From the IMG/VR virus record IMGVR_UViG_3300042866_001374: a stretch of 20,000 bases of DNA; one strand, given 5' to 3'. Source of the stretch: an uncultured virus (IMG/VR IMGVR_UViG_3300042866_001374) (lineage: Duplodnaviria > Heunggongvirae > Uroviricota > Caudoviricetes). Positions 1-6,566 of this stretch are shown here, in pieces (position 1 is the first letter of the stretch; each line of letters opens with the position of its first letter). The notes beneath the pieces are model-generated. The model made no database searches, had not been told where the DNA came from, and saw nothing but the letters and a program-made list of their open reading frames with translations. The position numbers were made by a program, and so were the translations under genes.

Positions 1-152
1 GTCAGAGAATCAATTTGTTCTTGAATTGCTTTAGAAACTGCACGGAATCGAATCCGTTCTTCACGCTCATCAAAAGTGTTAATCATGCCAAATTGCATGA
101 CACTGTTGTAGTTGTCCTCGTAGAAGTTCAGATCTTCTTGAGTGAGAGTCAT
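1..152 (-). CDS. hypothetical phage protein, 3' end outside window
   Basis: Manual translation MTLTQEDLNFYEDNYNSVMQFGMINTFDEREERIRFRAVSKAIQEQIDSL...; open to window edge; not in ORF track. Confidence 0.65.
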   Translation of the reverse strand, partial: MTLTQEDLNFYEDNYNSVMQFGMINTFDEREERIRFRAVSKAIQEQIDSL

Positions 153-183
153 AATAAAGAAAAAAGTTGCGGTGGGTGAGCAA

Positions 184-315
184 TCAAATCATACCACGGC
201 GACCGAGGTCTGCCCACACATGGGACGGGGCAGCAGCTGGCACACCAGTGGCGGTGGTGTTCTTGACCCATACCATTTGGCGGGTCTTGAGGTCGGAGGC
301 GCAAACCAGAGTCAT
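184..315 (-). CDS. small hypothetical protein (43 aa, MTLVCASDLK...)
   Basis: ORF track 184..381; start moved to 315 because a promoter lies at 340-368 and the leader matches those at 2083 and 7141. Confidence 0.6.
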   Translation of the reverse strand: MTLVCASDLKTRQMVWVKNTTATGVPAAAPSHVWADLGRRGMI

Positions 316-339
316 GGGGTGTTCCCGTGAACTGATGTC

Positions 340-381
340 AGTATGGGTCAGAACGGCAGCAAAGTCAACCCCCTGACCCAT
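340..381 (-). promoter_or_regulatory. sigma70-type promoter TTGACT-N17-CATACT inside a 9 bp inverted repeat
   Basis: + strand agtcaa 363-368 and agtatg 340-345; ATGGGTCAG 343-351 pairs with CTGACCCAT 373-381. Confidence 0.65.
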
Positions 382-390
382 TAGCGTTTC

Positions 391-564
391 TTATCCTTCC
401 AGAAGTTCAGGATAGTATTCTTCACATTCAGTGATCAATTCTTCTTCAGAATACTTATCATAACCCTCCTCAAGATAATCATAACAAAGTTGGGTCATTG
501 TCTTAAGGTCCATGTCATCCAACATCTGCTGAATAAGTGCAGTTTGAAGTTCAGAACGGTTCAT
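391..564 (-). CDS. small acidic hypothetical protein (57 aa)
   Basis: Manual translation MNRSELQTALIQQMLDDMDLKTMTQLCYDYLEEGYDKYSEEELITECEEYYPELLEG; abuts upstream gene. Confidence 0.75.
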   Translation of the reverse strand: MNRSELQTALIQQMLDDMDLKTMTQLCYDYLEEGYDKYSEEELITECEEYYPELLEG

Positions 565-566
565 GA

Positions 567-746
567 TCAAAAACGAATGATAGGGTGGTCAAGATCGAGG
601 ACATCACATTCCTCAGTTGAAAACACTAACTCTACACTTGCTTGATAATACTCATCGGGTTCATCTTCAGAGCAGATAGCAACATCCTGATTCAGTTGAT
701 CTTCACTAAGTTGTTGCAACTGTTCGAGCAGTTCTTTGTATTTCAT
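567..746 (-). CDS. small acidic hypothetical protein (59 aa)
   Basis: Manual translation MKYKELLEQLQQLSEDQLNQDVAICSEDEPDEYYQASVELVFSTEECDVLDLDHPIIRF; ATGA overlap with upstream stop. Confidence 0.75.
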   Translation of the reverse strand: MKYKELLEQLQQLSEDQLNQDVAICSEDEPDEYYQASVELVFSTEECDVLDLDHPIIRF

Positions 747-958
747 TGAAGAACGTGACGGTAATCGATGGACTTAATGCACCAACCTGATGCAGTAGAG
801 ATTTCCTCTACAAGGTCATCCTCATCATCAGCATCCCAGATTTGACCAACATAAACCTCATTGAGGCGTTCTTCAGTCATAATCTGGTCTGATTCATCCC
901 AACCCTCTTCATCATCAAGAGAGCAATCGAATTGAATTGAAGTGATTTGATACTTCAT
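743..958 (-). CDS. acidic hypothetical phage protein (71 aa)
   Basis: ORF track; first gene after promoter cassette 983-1039; ...DLVEEISTASGWCI... motif. Confidence 0.8.
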   Translation of the reverse strand: MKYQITSIQFDCSLDDEEGWDESDQIMTEERLNEVYVGQIWDADDEDDLVEEISTASGWCIKSIDYRHVLQ

Positions 959-982
959 GATGTTCTGGTGGTGAACAAATGA

Positions 983-1039
983 ATGATAGCGCGTGTGCGC
1001 GTCTCGTCGAGATTTTATGGACAGTTCACTGACTGTCCA
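983..1039 (-). promoter_or_regulatory. promoter cassette 1: -10 TATCAT plus upstream palindrome
   Basis: -10 at 983-988; TGGACAGT-N6-ACTGTCCA at 1018-1039; CTCGTCGAG palindrome at 1003-1011 in the -35 position. Confidence 0.75.
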
Positions 1040-1189
1040 CTAGACAAAAAATTCCTCCAGATAATAGTCTACAGTGACTTCCAGTTTTGCTGCTTCTTCT
1101 TCAATTGCAGCAGTGAATGCCTCATCAATTGACATCACTTCCCTTACAGATTGATGTTCACAAAAGAGGTCAAGAGTAGAATCATTCAT
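1040..1189 (-). CDS. small hypothetical protein (MNDSTLDLF...EEEAAKLEVTVDYYLEEFFV)
   Basis: ORF track 1040..1225; ATG at 1189 overlapping the upstream gene end preferred. Confidence 0.7.
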   Translation of the reverse strand: MNDSTLDLFCEHQSVREVMSIDEAFTAAIEEEAAKLEVTVDYYLEEFFV

Positions 1190-1400
1190 TGGTGTAAGGT
1201 TTGAGAGTGATACGATCTGCCACACACATGATCAGTTCTGCTAGAATTTCATCATCAACTTGACCAAGTTTGTCAACAATGATGCCACCAATGTTGGTGT
1301 GAAGAAATTCAATCCAATCACATGTTTCTACAAGTTCTTCTGCAACTTCTTCAACAAGTGCTGCAGCAATTCTGTTGACTGATTTGTTAGAGAGTGACAT
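1182..1400 (-). CDS. hypothetical protein
   Basis: ORF track 1182..1406; ATG at 1400 directly follows upstream stop. Confidence 0.7.
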   Translation of the reverse strand: MSLSNKSVNRIAAALVEEVAEELVETCDWIEFLHTNIGGIIVDKLGQVDDEILAELIMCVADRITLKPYTNE

Positions 1401-1402
1401 GA

Positions 1403-1552
1403 TCAACCCTCCCCTGCAATGTTCATTGCGTCAATGACCTTATCATAAAGATCAGAGACATCGCAACCCACACGCTCACTCACCTCATCCCAATCATCAT
1501 GGAAGGAGATTAAATCAGCAAGGGCACTGAGTTCGTTGATGGTGAAGTTCAT
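1403..1552 (-). CDS. small acidic hypothetical protein (49 aa)
   Basis: Manual translation MNFTINELSALADLISFHDDWDEVSERVGCDVSDLYDKVIDAMNIAGEG; directly downstream of promoter cassette 2. Confidence 0.7.
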   Translation of the reverse strand: MNFTINELSALADLISFHDDWDEVSERVGCDVSDLYDKVIDAMNIAGEG

Positions 1553-1574
1553 TGGAGTGGTGTGAACTGAAGTC

Positions 1575-1633
1575 AGTATAAGGGGTGGAGGGGCGCCTGT
1601 GCGCCCCGTTGTGGACAGTTACGCTGCTGTCAC
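1575..1633 (-). promoter_or_regulatory. promoter cassette 2
   Basis: -10 TATACT 1575-1580; hairpin GGGGCGC-ctgt-GCGCCCC 1590-1607; TGGACAGT-N6-GCTGTCAC 1612-1633. Confidence 0.75.
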
Positions 1634-2083
1634 ATACCCAGGGATTTCGACACGCTCTACAGGTCCCCAACCAATCTTATATGCCTTCCAGTTACCATTG
1701 AGGTCATACAGGTAAGCATACTCTTCGCCACCCATTTTACCAGAGACAAACATATCGAAGTCGGTGACATCTGGTTCATTATTCTCACCACGCTCTGAAT
1801 GATACAGCGGTTGTGCATCACGAGTGTGGGAATAAGACCAACTGCCAGCATCATCTTCGATGATCTTGCCATTCTCATCACGAAGAGCAGCACTCTCCCA
1901 CGTATGAGTTGTGCGAAGAGATGACATTGAACCACCGTCGATGAGATCTTGCACATCATCGCGGTTCTGATAATGATCTACCAGAATGCGACCGTTGCCT
2001 TCTACGTAACCATCCCAGTGGCAGTAAACGCTAACCACAGAATGGTCGGGGAGTTCGTAACCGATGCGTGAACGGGTTCCCAT
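1619..2083 (-). CDS. conserved phage hypothetical protein (MGTRSRIG...YCHWDGY...EEYAYLY type)
   Basis: 154 aa ORF; the N-terminal TRSxI/YxHWDGY and C-terminal EYxY motifs are typical of a widespread phage family of unknown function. Confidence 0.85.
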   Translation of the reverse strand: MGTRSRIGYELPDHSVVSVYCHWDGYVEGNGRILVDHYQNRDDVQDLIDGGSMSSLRTTHTWESAALRDENGKIIEDDAGSWSYSHTRDAQPLYHSERGENNEPDVTDFDMFVSGKMGGEEYAYLYDLNGNWKAYKIGWGPVERVEIPGYVTAA

Positions 2084-2108
2084 GGGGTGTTGTGTTCAGG
2101 ACTCCGCC

Positions 2109-2167
2109 AATATAACCGCTGCAGACCCACCCTGCAACCAACCAGTGGACTGTCCAAAAACTGGCAC
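2109..2167 (-). promoter_or_regulatory. promoter cassette 3
   Basis: -10 TATATT 2109-2114; TGCAG/CTGCA inverted repeat in spacer; TGGACTGT-N6-ACTGGCAC 2146-2167. Confidence 0.7.
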
Positions 2168-2208
2168 ATCATCGGATTAATTCCGATCTTCTATGGTATC
2201 TTATAAGG

Positions 2209-2296
2209 ACAACCAGCGCCCTTATAGGGAACGGCAGAGGGGTATCTGCCTGATCAATACATCGTCACTGAACCTGCAAACTTTTTTATAAAAAGT
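2209..2296 (+). ncRNA. candidate small structured RNA
   Basis: ORF-free; TGnTATCTT -10 at 2194-2202 lies 29 bp from the cassette-3 palindrome; hairpin GGCAGA-N6-TCTGCC 2233-2250; T-run 2282-2287; ends uncertain. Confidence 0.3.
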
Positions 2297-2300
2297 ATAC

Positions 2301-2345
2301 AAAAACATAAAAAGACCTTATGTGCCCCCACCTTGACACATAAGG
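2301..2345 (-). terminator. intrinsic terminator
   Basis: CCTTATGTG 2316-2324 pairs with CACATAAGG 2337-2345, followed on the minus strand by TCTTTTTATGTTTTT; downstream of ORF 2373-2543. Confidence 0.6.
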
Positions 2346-2362
2346 CCCTTCTATGTTATACT
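2333..2362 (+). promoter_or_regulatory. possible antisense promoter TTGACA-N18-TATACT (extended -10)
   Basis: TTGACA 2333-2338, TG 2354-2355, TATACT 2357-2362. Confidence 0.45.
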
Positions 2363-2372
2363 GAGGAGTTAA

Positions 2373-2543
2373 CTACCAGATATCAGAATCCAAATCCTCA
2401 ATATAAGCATCGCACCTCTCACCAGATTCAAGTTTAAACATCTTCTCCCAATTAATATTATGGGGGTCAAAGTCACCAAGAACGTCGAGTTCCAGAGTGA
2501 CGCGATAACGATGCTTACGTGCTTGATCGTAAATGGTTGCCAT
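2373..2543 (-). CDS. small hypothetical phage protein (56 aa)
   Basis: Manual translation MATIYDQARKHRYRVTLELDVLGDFDPHNINWEKMFKLESGERCDAYIEDLDSDIW; has its own promoter and terminator; better than track ORF 2369..2581. Confidence 0.8.
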   Translation of the reverse strand: MATIYDQARKHRYRVTLELDVLGDFDPHNINWEKMFKLESGERCDAYIEDLDSDIW

Positions 2544-2567
2544 GAGAACTTTGTGCGAACTGTAGTA

Positions 2568-2596
2568 ATCTTACCCCACACTCACCGTTGTGTCAA
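2568..2596 (-). promoter_or_regulatory. sigma70-type promoter TTGACA-N17-TAAGAT
   Basis: + strand tgtcaa 2591-2596 and atctta 2568-2573, 24 bp before the ATG at 2543. Confidence 0.75.
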
Positions 2597-2652
2597 TACC
2601 TTATAAGAATGTATTGATAACGATGGTTTATATATGACATAAGGAGACCTTA

Positions 2653-2881
2653 TATGATACTGTGTGCTTGTTATATCATGATTCGCACACATCTCGACGA
2701 GATTCTTATATAATGATTCTATGATACTGTGTGCGTCTCGTCGAGATTTATGATGCGTGTCTCGTCGAGATTCTTATATAATGATTCTGTTATACTATGA
2801 TATACTCGTCGAGATTCTCATCGCGGGTCTCGTCGAGATTTATGTGAGAATCCTTATATTTTTTTCGCGGGTCTTGACGTT
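2653..2881. repeat. array of palindromic CTCGWCGAG(ATT) repeats with 68 bp higher-order period
   Basis: Cores at 2693, 2737, 2761, 2805, 2829 and degenerate 2873 (spacing 44,24,44,24,44); CGAGATTCTTATATAATGATTCT identical at 2698 and 2766; TATGATACTGTGTGC at 2653 and 2720. Confidence 0.9.
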
Positions 2882-2902
2882 TTTTTGCGGTTGTGCTATA
2901 AT
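2874..2902 (+). promoter_or_regulatory. near-consensus sigma70 promoter TTGACG-N17-TATAAT with extended -10
   Basis: TTGACG 2874-2879, TG 2894-2895, TATAAT 2897-2902; no ORF downstream. Confidence 0.75.
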
Positions 2903-3008
2903 ACGCTGTCTAAGATCACAAGGATTCAGAGGGATTATAAGAGAGTTATAAAAAGATTCCACACGATTATAAGGCAATAATAAGATATAACAATACTGTA
3001 ATACTATA

Positions 3009-3035
3009 TGTTATTGATAATGATTATCAGTAACA
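3009..3035. promoter_or_regulatory. 27 bp palindrome with Fur-box-like core TGATAAT-G-ATTATCA
   Basis: TGTTATTGATAATGATTATCAGTAACA; core 3015-3029 equals the 7-1-7 Fur consensus. Confidence 0.45.
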
Positions 3036-3082
3036 ACAAAACACTTTTATATTTAAAAATACATTTAATTAATAAAATAAAC

Positions 3083-4060
3083 CTATTTTAACCATAATTT
3101 GTCAATTTTCATCCTATTTTCAAAGATATTATATCTTAATGCACAATGATGACTTTGAGGTGGTACAATGATTGGATTATAATAACCAGTGAATTCTCTA
3201 TAACATTTTTTAAAATCTAATATATGTTCACCAGACCTTAAAAATGGATGAACTACAATCAAATAAGGTTCATCAGTCTCTGGTAATTTAAACTGAATGA
3301 CACGATTTGATTGATAATGATCTGGATTATTTGCATCAAATATATGAACACCTATATGTTCAAATTGATGAGTTTGATAGATGTTTTGTAATGCATTAAT
3401 AACATTATTCTCATTAATTGGTTTATCCATAATATGTGTATAATGATGAAAATGACTTGATGATTGAATCACCTCATTATAATACTCAGCAAACTTAGGA
3501 GATAAACCAAGATCTAATGTTACACCTTCTGAGATACCTGGATTATGCTCAACATTAACCAAATGAGAATATTCTTTAGGTGTAAGTCTTACAATACTAA
3601 ACTGAATGATATATTCAGATGGTAGCATTTTAAATGGCAATGGTACATCAAATGCTGTACCCATCATATCATTCCAAATATAAGACCCTACCAGTTCATG
3701 AAAGAGAATATCAATATCTTTGACATTATACGAATTAAATTTAGATGCAATAAACTCAGTATTAATGACTTCAATCTTTTTAGACAATCCCATTCTTTTT
3801 GCTACATTTTGAATATGTGCCGCAGACTTAGGATTTTGTTCAAAACACGTTACATGCTTTGCTCCATGCTTTAATGCTAAAAATGCTAATACACCACTAC
3901 CTGACCCTACATCAATGCAACGTTTACCCTTACACTCTTTAAGTATCTGATCATAATATCCTAAACGCATTGATTCATTGATCAATGCAATTCCGTTATA
4001 CTGAGAACTCATTCTATTTTGTTGTCTCATTCTTAAACTATAATTCCGATCAAAGTCCAT
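3083..4060 (-). CDS. class I SAM-dependent methyltransferase, PRMT/PrmA-like
   Basis: Motif I IDVGSGSGVLAFLALKHGAKHVTCFE; DILFHELVGSYIWND resembles the PRMT double-E loop. Confidence 0.85.
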   Translation of the reverse strand: MDFDRNYSLRMRQQNRMSSQYNGIALINESMRLGYYDQILKECKGKRCIDVGSGSGVLAFLALKHGAKHVTCFEQNPKSAAHIQNVAKRMGLSKKIEVINTEFIASKFNSYNVKDIDILFHELVGSYIWNDMMGTAFDVPLPFKMLPSEYIIQFSIVRLTPKEYSHLVNVEHNPGISEGVTLDLGLSPKFAEYYNEVIQSSSHFHHYTHIMDKPINENNVINALQNIYQTHQFEHIGVHIFDANNPDHYQSNRVIQFKLPETDEPYLIVVHPFLRSGEHILDFKKCYREFTGYYNPIIVPPQSHHCALRYNIFENRMKIDKLWLK

Positions 4061-4322
4061 TAAACGGTATTTGCTGATTCTCTGGTAATTTATAAATCTT
4101 CTGACCCTCTATCTTATAACTTCCTGGTGGTAGTCCTATTTGACCAGGTAGAGCGTTCTCTACAATACTCTCTACATCAATCACAGCATCATTCAATGGT
4201 GTCACTTTACGATATGCTCGATTGACAGGATTCAATGCTACCATCATCTGTGCATCCTCTAGCAATGCACATTGACATACATTCTCTCCTGTATTTAAAT
4301 TCACAACAACATAATAACTCAT
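4050..4322 (-). CDS. hypothetical protein (90 aa)
   Basis: ORF track; fills the gap between neighbours in the operon. Confidence 0.75.
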   Translation of the reverse strand: MSYYVVVNLNTGENVCQCALLEDAQMMVALNPVNRAYRKVTPLNDAVIDVESIVENALPGQIGLPPGSYKIEGQKIYKLPENQQIPFNGL

Positions 4323-4328
4323 GATAAA

Positions 4329-4718
4329 TTAATCCAATTTTGATACTATTTGATTACCATTGAAATGATTTTTCAATTTCATTACTTGATCTCTAAACTT
4401 ATTTTCTGGACAACGCTGCCTACCCAAATTAAATAACCTCAAAGCAATAACAACATTATTGGGAATATAACCTTTAGATTCATCCAATCTTTCTAAACTA
4501 GGTGCAAGTGGATTATTCCTCTCATAAACACCGTAAGGGTCAATTGGATATTCAGTCCAATAGCATTTACCATTTTGTTGTTTATATTGTTTTATAAGAT
4601 AAAATTCATCTATACTAACATCTAATGGTTCTGTTCTTTTAATACCATTCTTTTTTTCTTGTCCAGGTCGGGCGGCAGTCTTTGCTTTTGCTATGAGAGT
4701 CTTCCAAGGATTTCTCAC
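4329..4718 (-). CDS. HNH/His-Me finger-type endonuclease-like protein
   Basis: QNGKCYWT...SLERLDESKGYIPNNVVIALRLFN matches the SxDRID-S-KGY-x-NV subgroup of beta-beta-alpha-Me nucleases. Confidence 0.65.
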   Translation of the reverse strand: MRNPWKTLIAKAKTAARPGQEKKNGIKRTEPLDVSIDEFYLIKQYKQQNGKCYWTEYPIDPYGVYERNNPLAPSLERLDESKGYIPNNVVIALRLFNLGRQRCPENKFRDQVMKLKNHFNGNQIVSKLD

Positions 4719-5896
4719 ACCTTTACCTCAATCACTTGACTTGCACATTTACCACCAAAACCAAAACTATTGTTCACAGTCCTTAGAACCTTTGATGTTG
4801 TCTTCAAATCACATGAAGTCCTTACAAGTTGCTTTGAGACATCATACTCTGCATTCTCCAAATTATAACATCCAGGAATCACACAATTCCTCATGGATAG
4901 GATAGAGTAAATACACTCCAATACAGATGCAGCAGCAAGTGTATGACCAATCTTTGACTTTGGTGCATAGATTGGAACATCAGGCAAATAATCTTGCAAT
5001 ACCTGATATTCAATCTCATCACCAATCGGTGTACTCGTAGCATGTGCAGAGATTGCATCAATTGTATCAGGTTCAATACCATCCAATGCCTTATCCAATG
5101 CAAGTTTTGCACCAACACCATTTGTTGCAGGACTTGTTAAATCAAATGCATCACTTGCACAACCAACAGGATATAACTTTGCATACACATTTGAATCATA
5201 TTGTTGTACTTTATCTTTTGATTGCAAAATTAAAATACCCGCGCCTTCTCCCATCACAAACCCTTCACGATTCTCATCAAAAGGACAATTGTGATTACCC
5301 AGTGCGCCAATGCCTGCGAAATACTTCAATGCCATCTCAAATACACCAGCATCAGCACCACCTACCACAACATAGTCATACTCATCCAATATCCTCATTG
5401 CATAATCAATTGAATACATTCCAGTCGCACACGATGCATACAATGCCACTGATGCACCATGAAACTTATAATGACTCGTAATCTGACCTACAATCATATC
5501 TGGAATACGATTGACAATCTTGAATGGATTCACTCTCTTATTCTCTTTAAACCGTTGGAAGTTACCATCAAGGAACTCCACATCATTAGAGACACTTGAT
5601 ACAATCACGGCAACATTCGATGAGTGTTTTAGATTTGCCATCTTCAATGCCTGCTCAGTTGCATGAAGTGCCATCTGTTGCGCTCTGGTCATGTTAGCGG
5701 TTATTTTCGGCGTAAACGCCTCGGGAAGTAGAATATCATGCAAACATGGAATACCATACTGAATCTTATGCTCACCCATAAAATCAAGTTTCTGAATCGG
5801 ATTATAATCATTAATCATATTCAGAAAACAATTCCCAGGTCGATTACCCAATGCATCGACCATACCATAACCAACAACATAAGCAGGATTGACCAT
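4715..5896 (-). CDS. fabF: beta-ketoacyl-ACP synthase (FabF/FabB, KAS II-like)
   Basis: 393 aa; catalytic Cys in ASCATG, His in SAHATST, His in KSKIGHT; PFDENREGFVMGEGAG and NSFGFGG signatures. Confidence 0.93.
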   Translation of the reverse strand: MVNPAYVVGYGMVDALGNRPGNCFLNMINDYNPIQKLDFMGEHKIQYGIPCLHDILLPEAFTPKITANMTRAQQMALHATEQALKMANLKHSSNVAVIVSSVSNDVEFLDGNFQRFKENKRVNPFKIVNRIPDMIVGQITSHYKFHGASVALYASCATGMYSIDYAMRILDEYDYVVVGGADAGVFEMALKYFAGIGALGNHNCPFDENREGFVMGEGAGILILQSKDKVQQYDSNVYAKLYPVGCASDAFDLTSPATNGVGAKLALDKALDGIEPDTIDAISAHATSTPIGDEIEYQVLQDYLPDVPIYAPKSKIGHTLAAASVLECIYSILSMRNCVIPGCYNLENAEYDVSKQLVRTSCDLKTTSKVLRTVNNSFGFGGKCASQVIEVKV

Positions 5897-5904
5897 ACTC
5901 TGTA

Positions 5905-6108
5905 TTAACCTCCAAATCCCTTGACTGGTTTCTTCTTCTCTATTCTATCAAGAACTTCTACATGTGACAACTCATCGGATTGCATCCAAATCTGATACAC
6001 TTCCATATAATCATCTACAATGATACGCTCACCCTGATTTGATACAATCGCATAACGATGTTTGTCATACGGTGCATCAGATGTTCCAGTAAAGTTCCTC
6101 AATTTCAT
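5905..6108 (-). CDS. hypothetical cyanophage-type protein (ends ...VKGFGG)
   Basis: ORF track; overlaps upstream stop. Confidence 0.75.
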   Translation of the reverse strand: MKLRNFTGTSDAPYDKHRYAIVSNQGERIIVDDYMEVYQIWMQSDELSHVEVLDRIEKKKPVKGFGG

Positions 6109-6296
6109 TTACCTGTGTAATGGAATAGTTTGTACTTTGGTTTATGTCGTTGAATATACTTCGTTGCATGTTCTTCACATTCAAACCAACATACTCTCTT
6201 CTCATCTAAATTGTCTAATCTCCATAAAAAAGATTGCCACGGGAATAATTCCTTATCCCGTGACTTTGTAATCTTAATCGTTGATTCCTTCTTCAT
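6105..6296 (-). CDS. hypothetical protein (...VCWFECEEHATKYIQRH...)
   Basis: ORF track 6105..6302; ATG at 6296. Confidence 0.75.
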   Translation of the reverse strand: MKKESTIKITKSRDKELFPWQSFLWRLDNLDEKRVCWFECEEHATKYIQRHKPKYKLFHYTGK

Positions 6297-6384
6297 GTTC
6301 AATCAACCTCCGTGGTCCTTGAATAAAATAATTTGCAATCATAGACAAAATAATCATTGTCAAATAATATGCAAGAAAACTCAT
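6274..6384 (-). CDS. small membrane peptide (36 aa)
   Basis: Manual translation MSFLAYYLTMIILSMIANYFIQGPRRLIEHEEGIND; ATGA overlap with upstream stop. Confidence 0.55.
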   Translation of the reverse strand: MSFLAYYLTMIILSMIANYFIQGPRRLIEHEEGIND

Positions 6385-6566
6385 TGAGAGAACCTCTTTG
6401 CCCAAAGTTGATAGGATTTGTCACGCACACGCTTCAGTATCAGTGTACGCTCATTCTCATCAACACTCATCTCCATTGATGCATCCAGAAGATGATTCAA
6501 TGCAATGTTAATCATTTCTTGTTCCTCTGCATCAACGCAGAGATTCATTTCGGATTCAATTATCAT
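6381..6566 (-). CDS. hypothetical protein
   Basis: ORF track 6381..6581; ATGA-coupled start at 6566. Confidence 0.7.
   Translation of the reverse strand: MIIESEMNLCVDAEEQEMINIALNHLLDASMEMSVDENERTLILKRVRDKSYQLWAKRFSQ

Noticed and set aside
1657..1959. Alternative-frame minus ORFs (also 4891-5121, 12579-12776, 15396-15635, 16571-16780, 18335-18547)
   Set aside because: They are nested within or largely overlap better ORFs that fit the coupled gene chain.
2369..2581. Track ORF MWGKITT...
   Set aside because: It starts inside the promoter spacer; the alternative frame 2373-2543 gives a protein-like sequence with an ATG placed correctly after the promoter.
2653..2881. CRISPR mini-array
   Set aside because: The repeat core is only about 12 bp, spacing alternates 44/24, the intervening sequences are themselves repeated rather than unique, and there are no cas genes in the window.
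2757..2951. Plus-strand 64 aa ORF
   Set aside because: It is a translation of the repeat array, has a GTG start with no RBS, and runs through the promoter.
3083..5896. Type II PKS biosynthetic cluster or restriction-modification pair
   Set aside because: There is no ACP, chain-length factor or cyclase, and the methyltransferase lacks DNA-MTase catalytic motifs, so nuclease plus MTase is not a supported R-M system.
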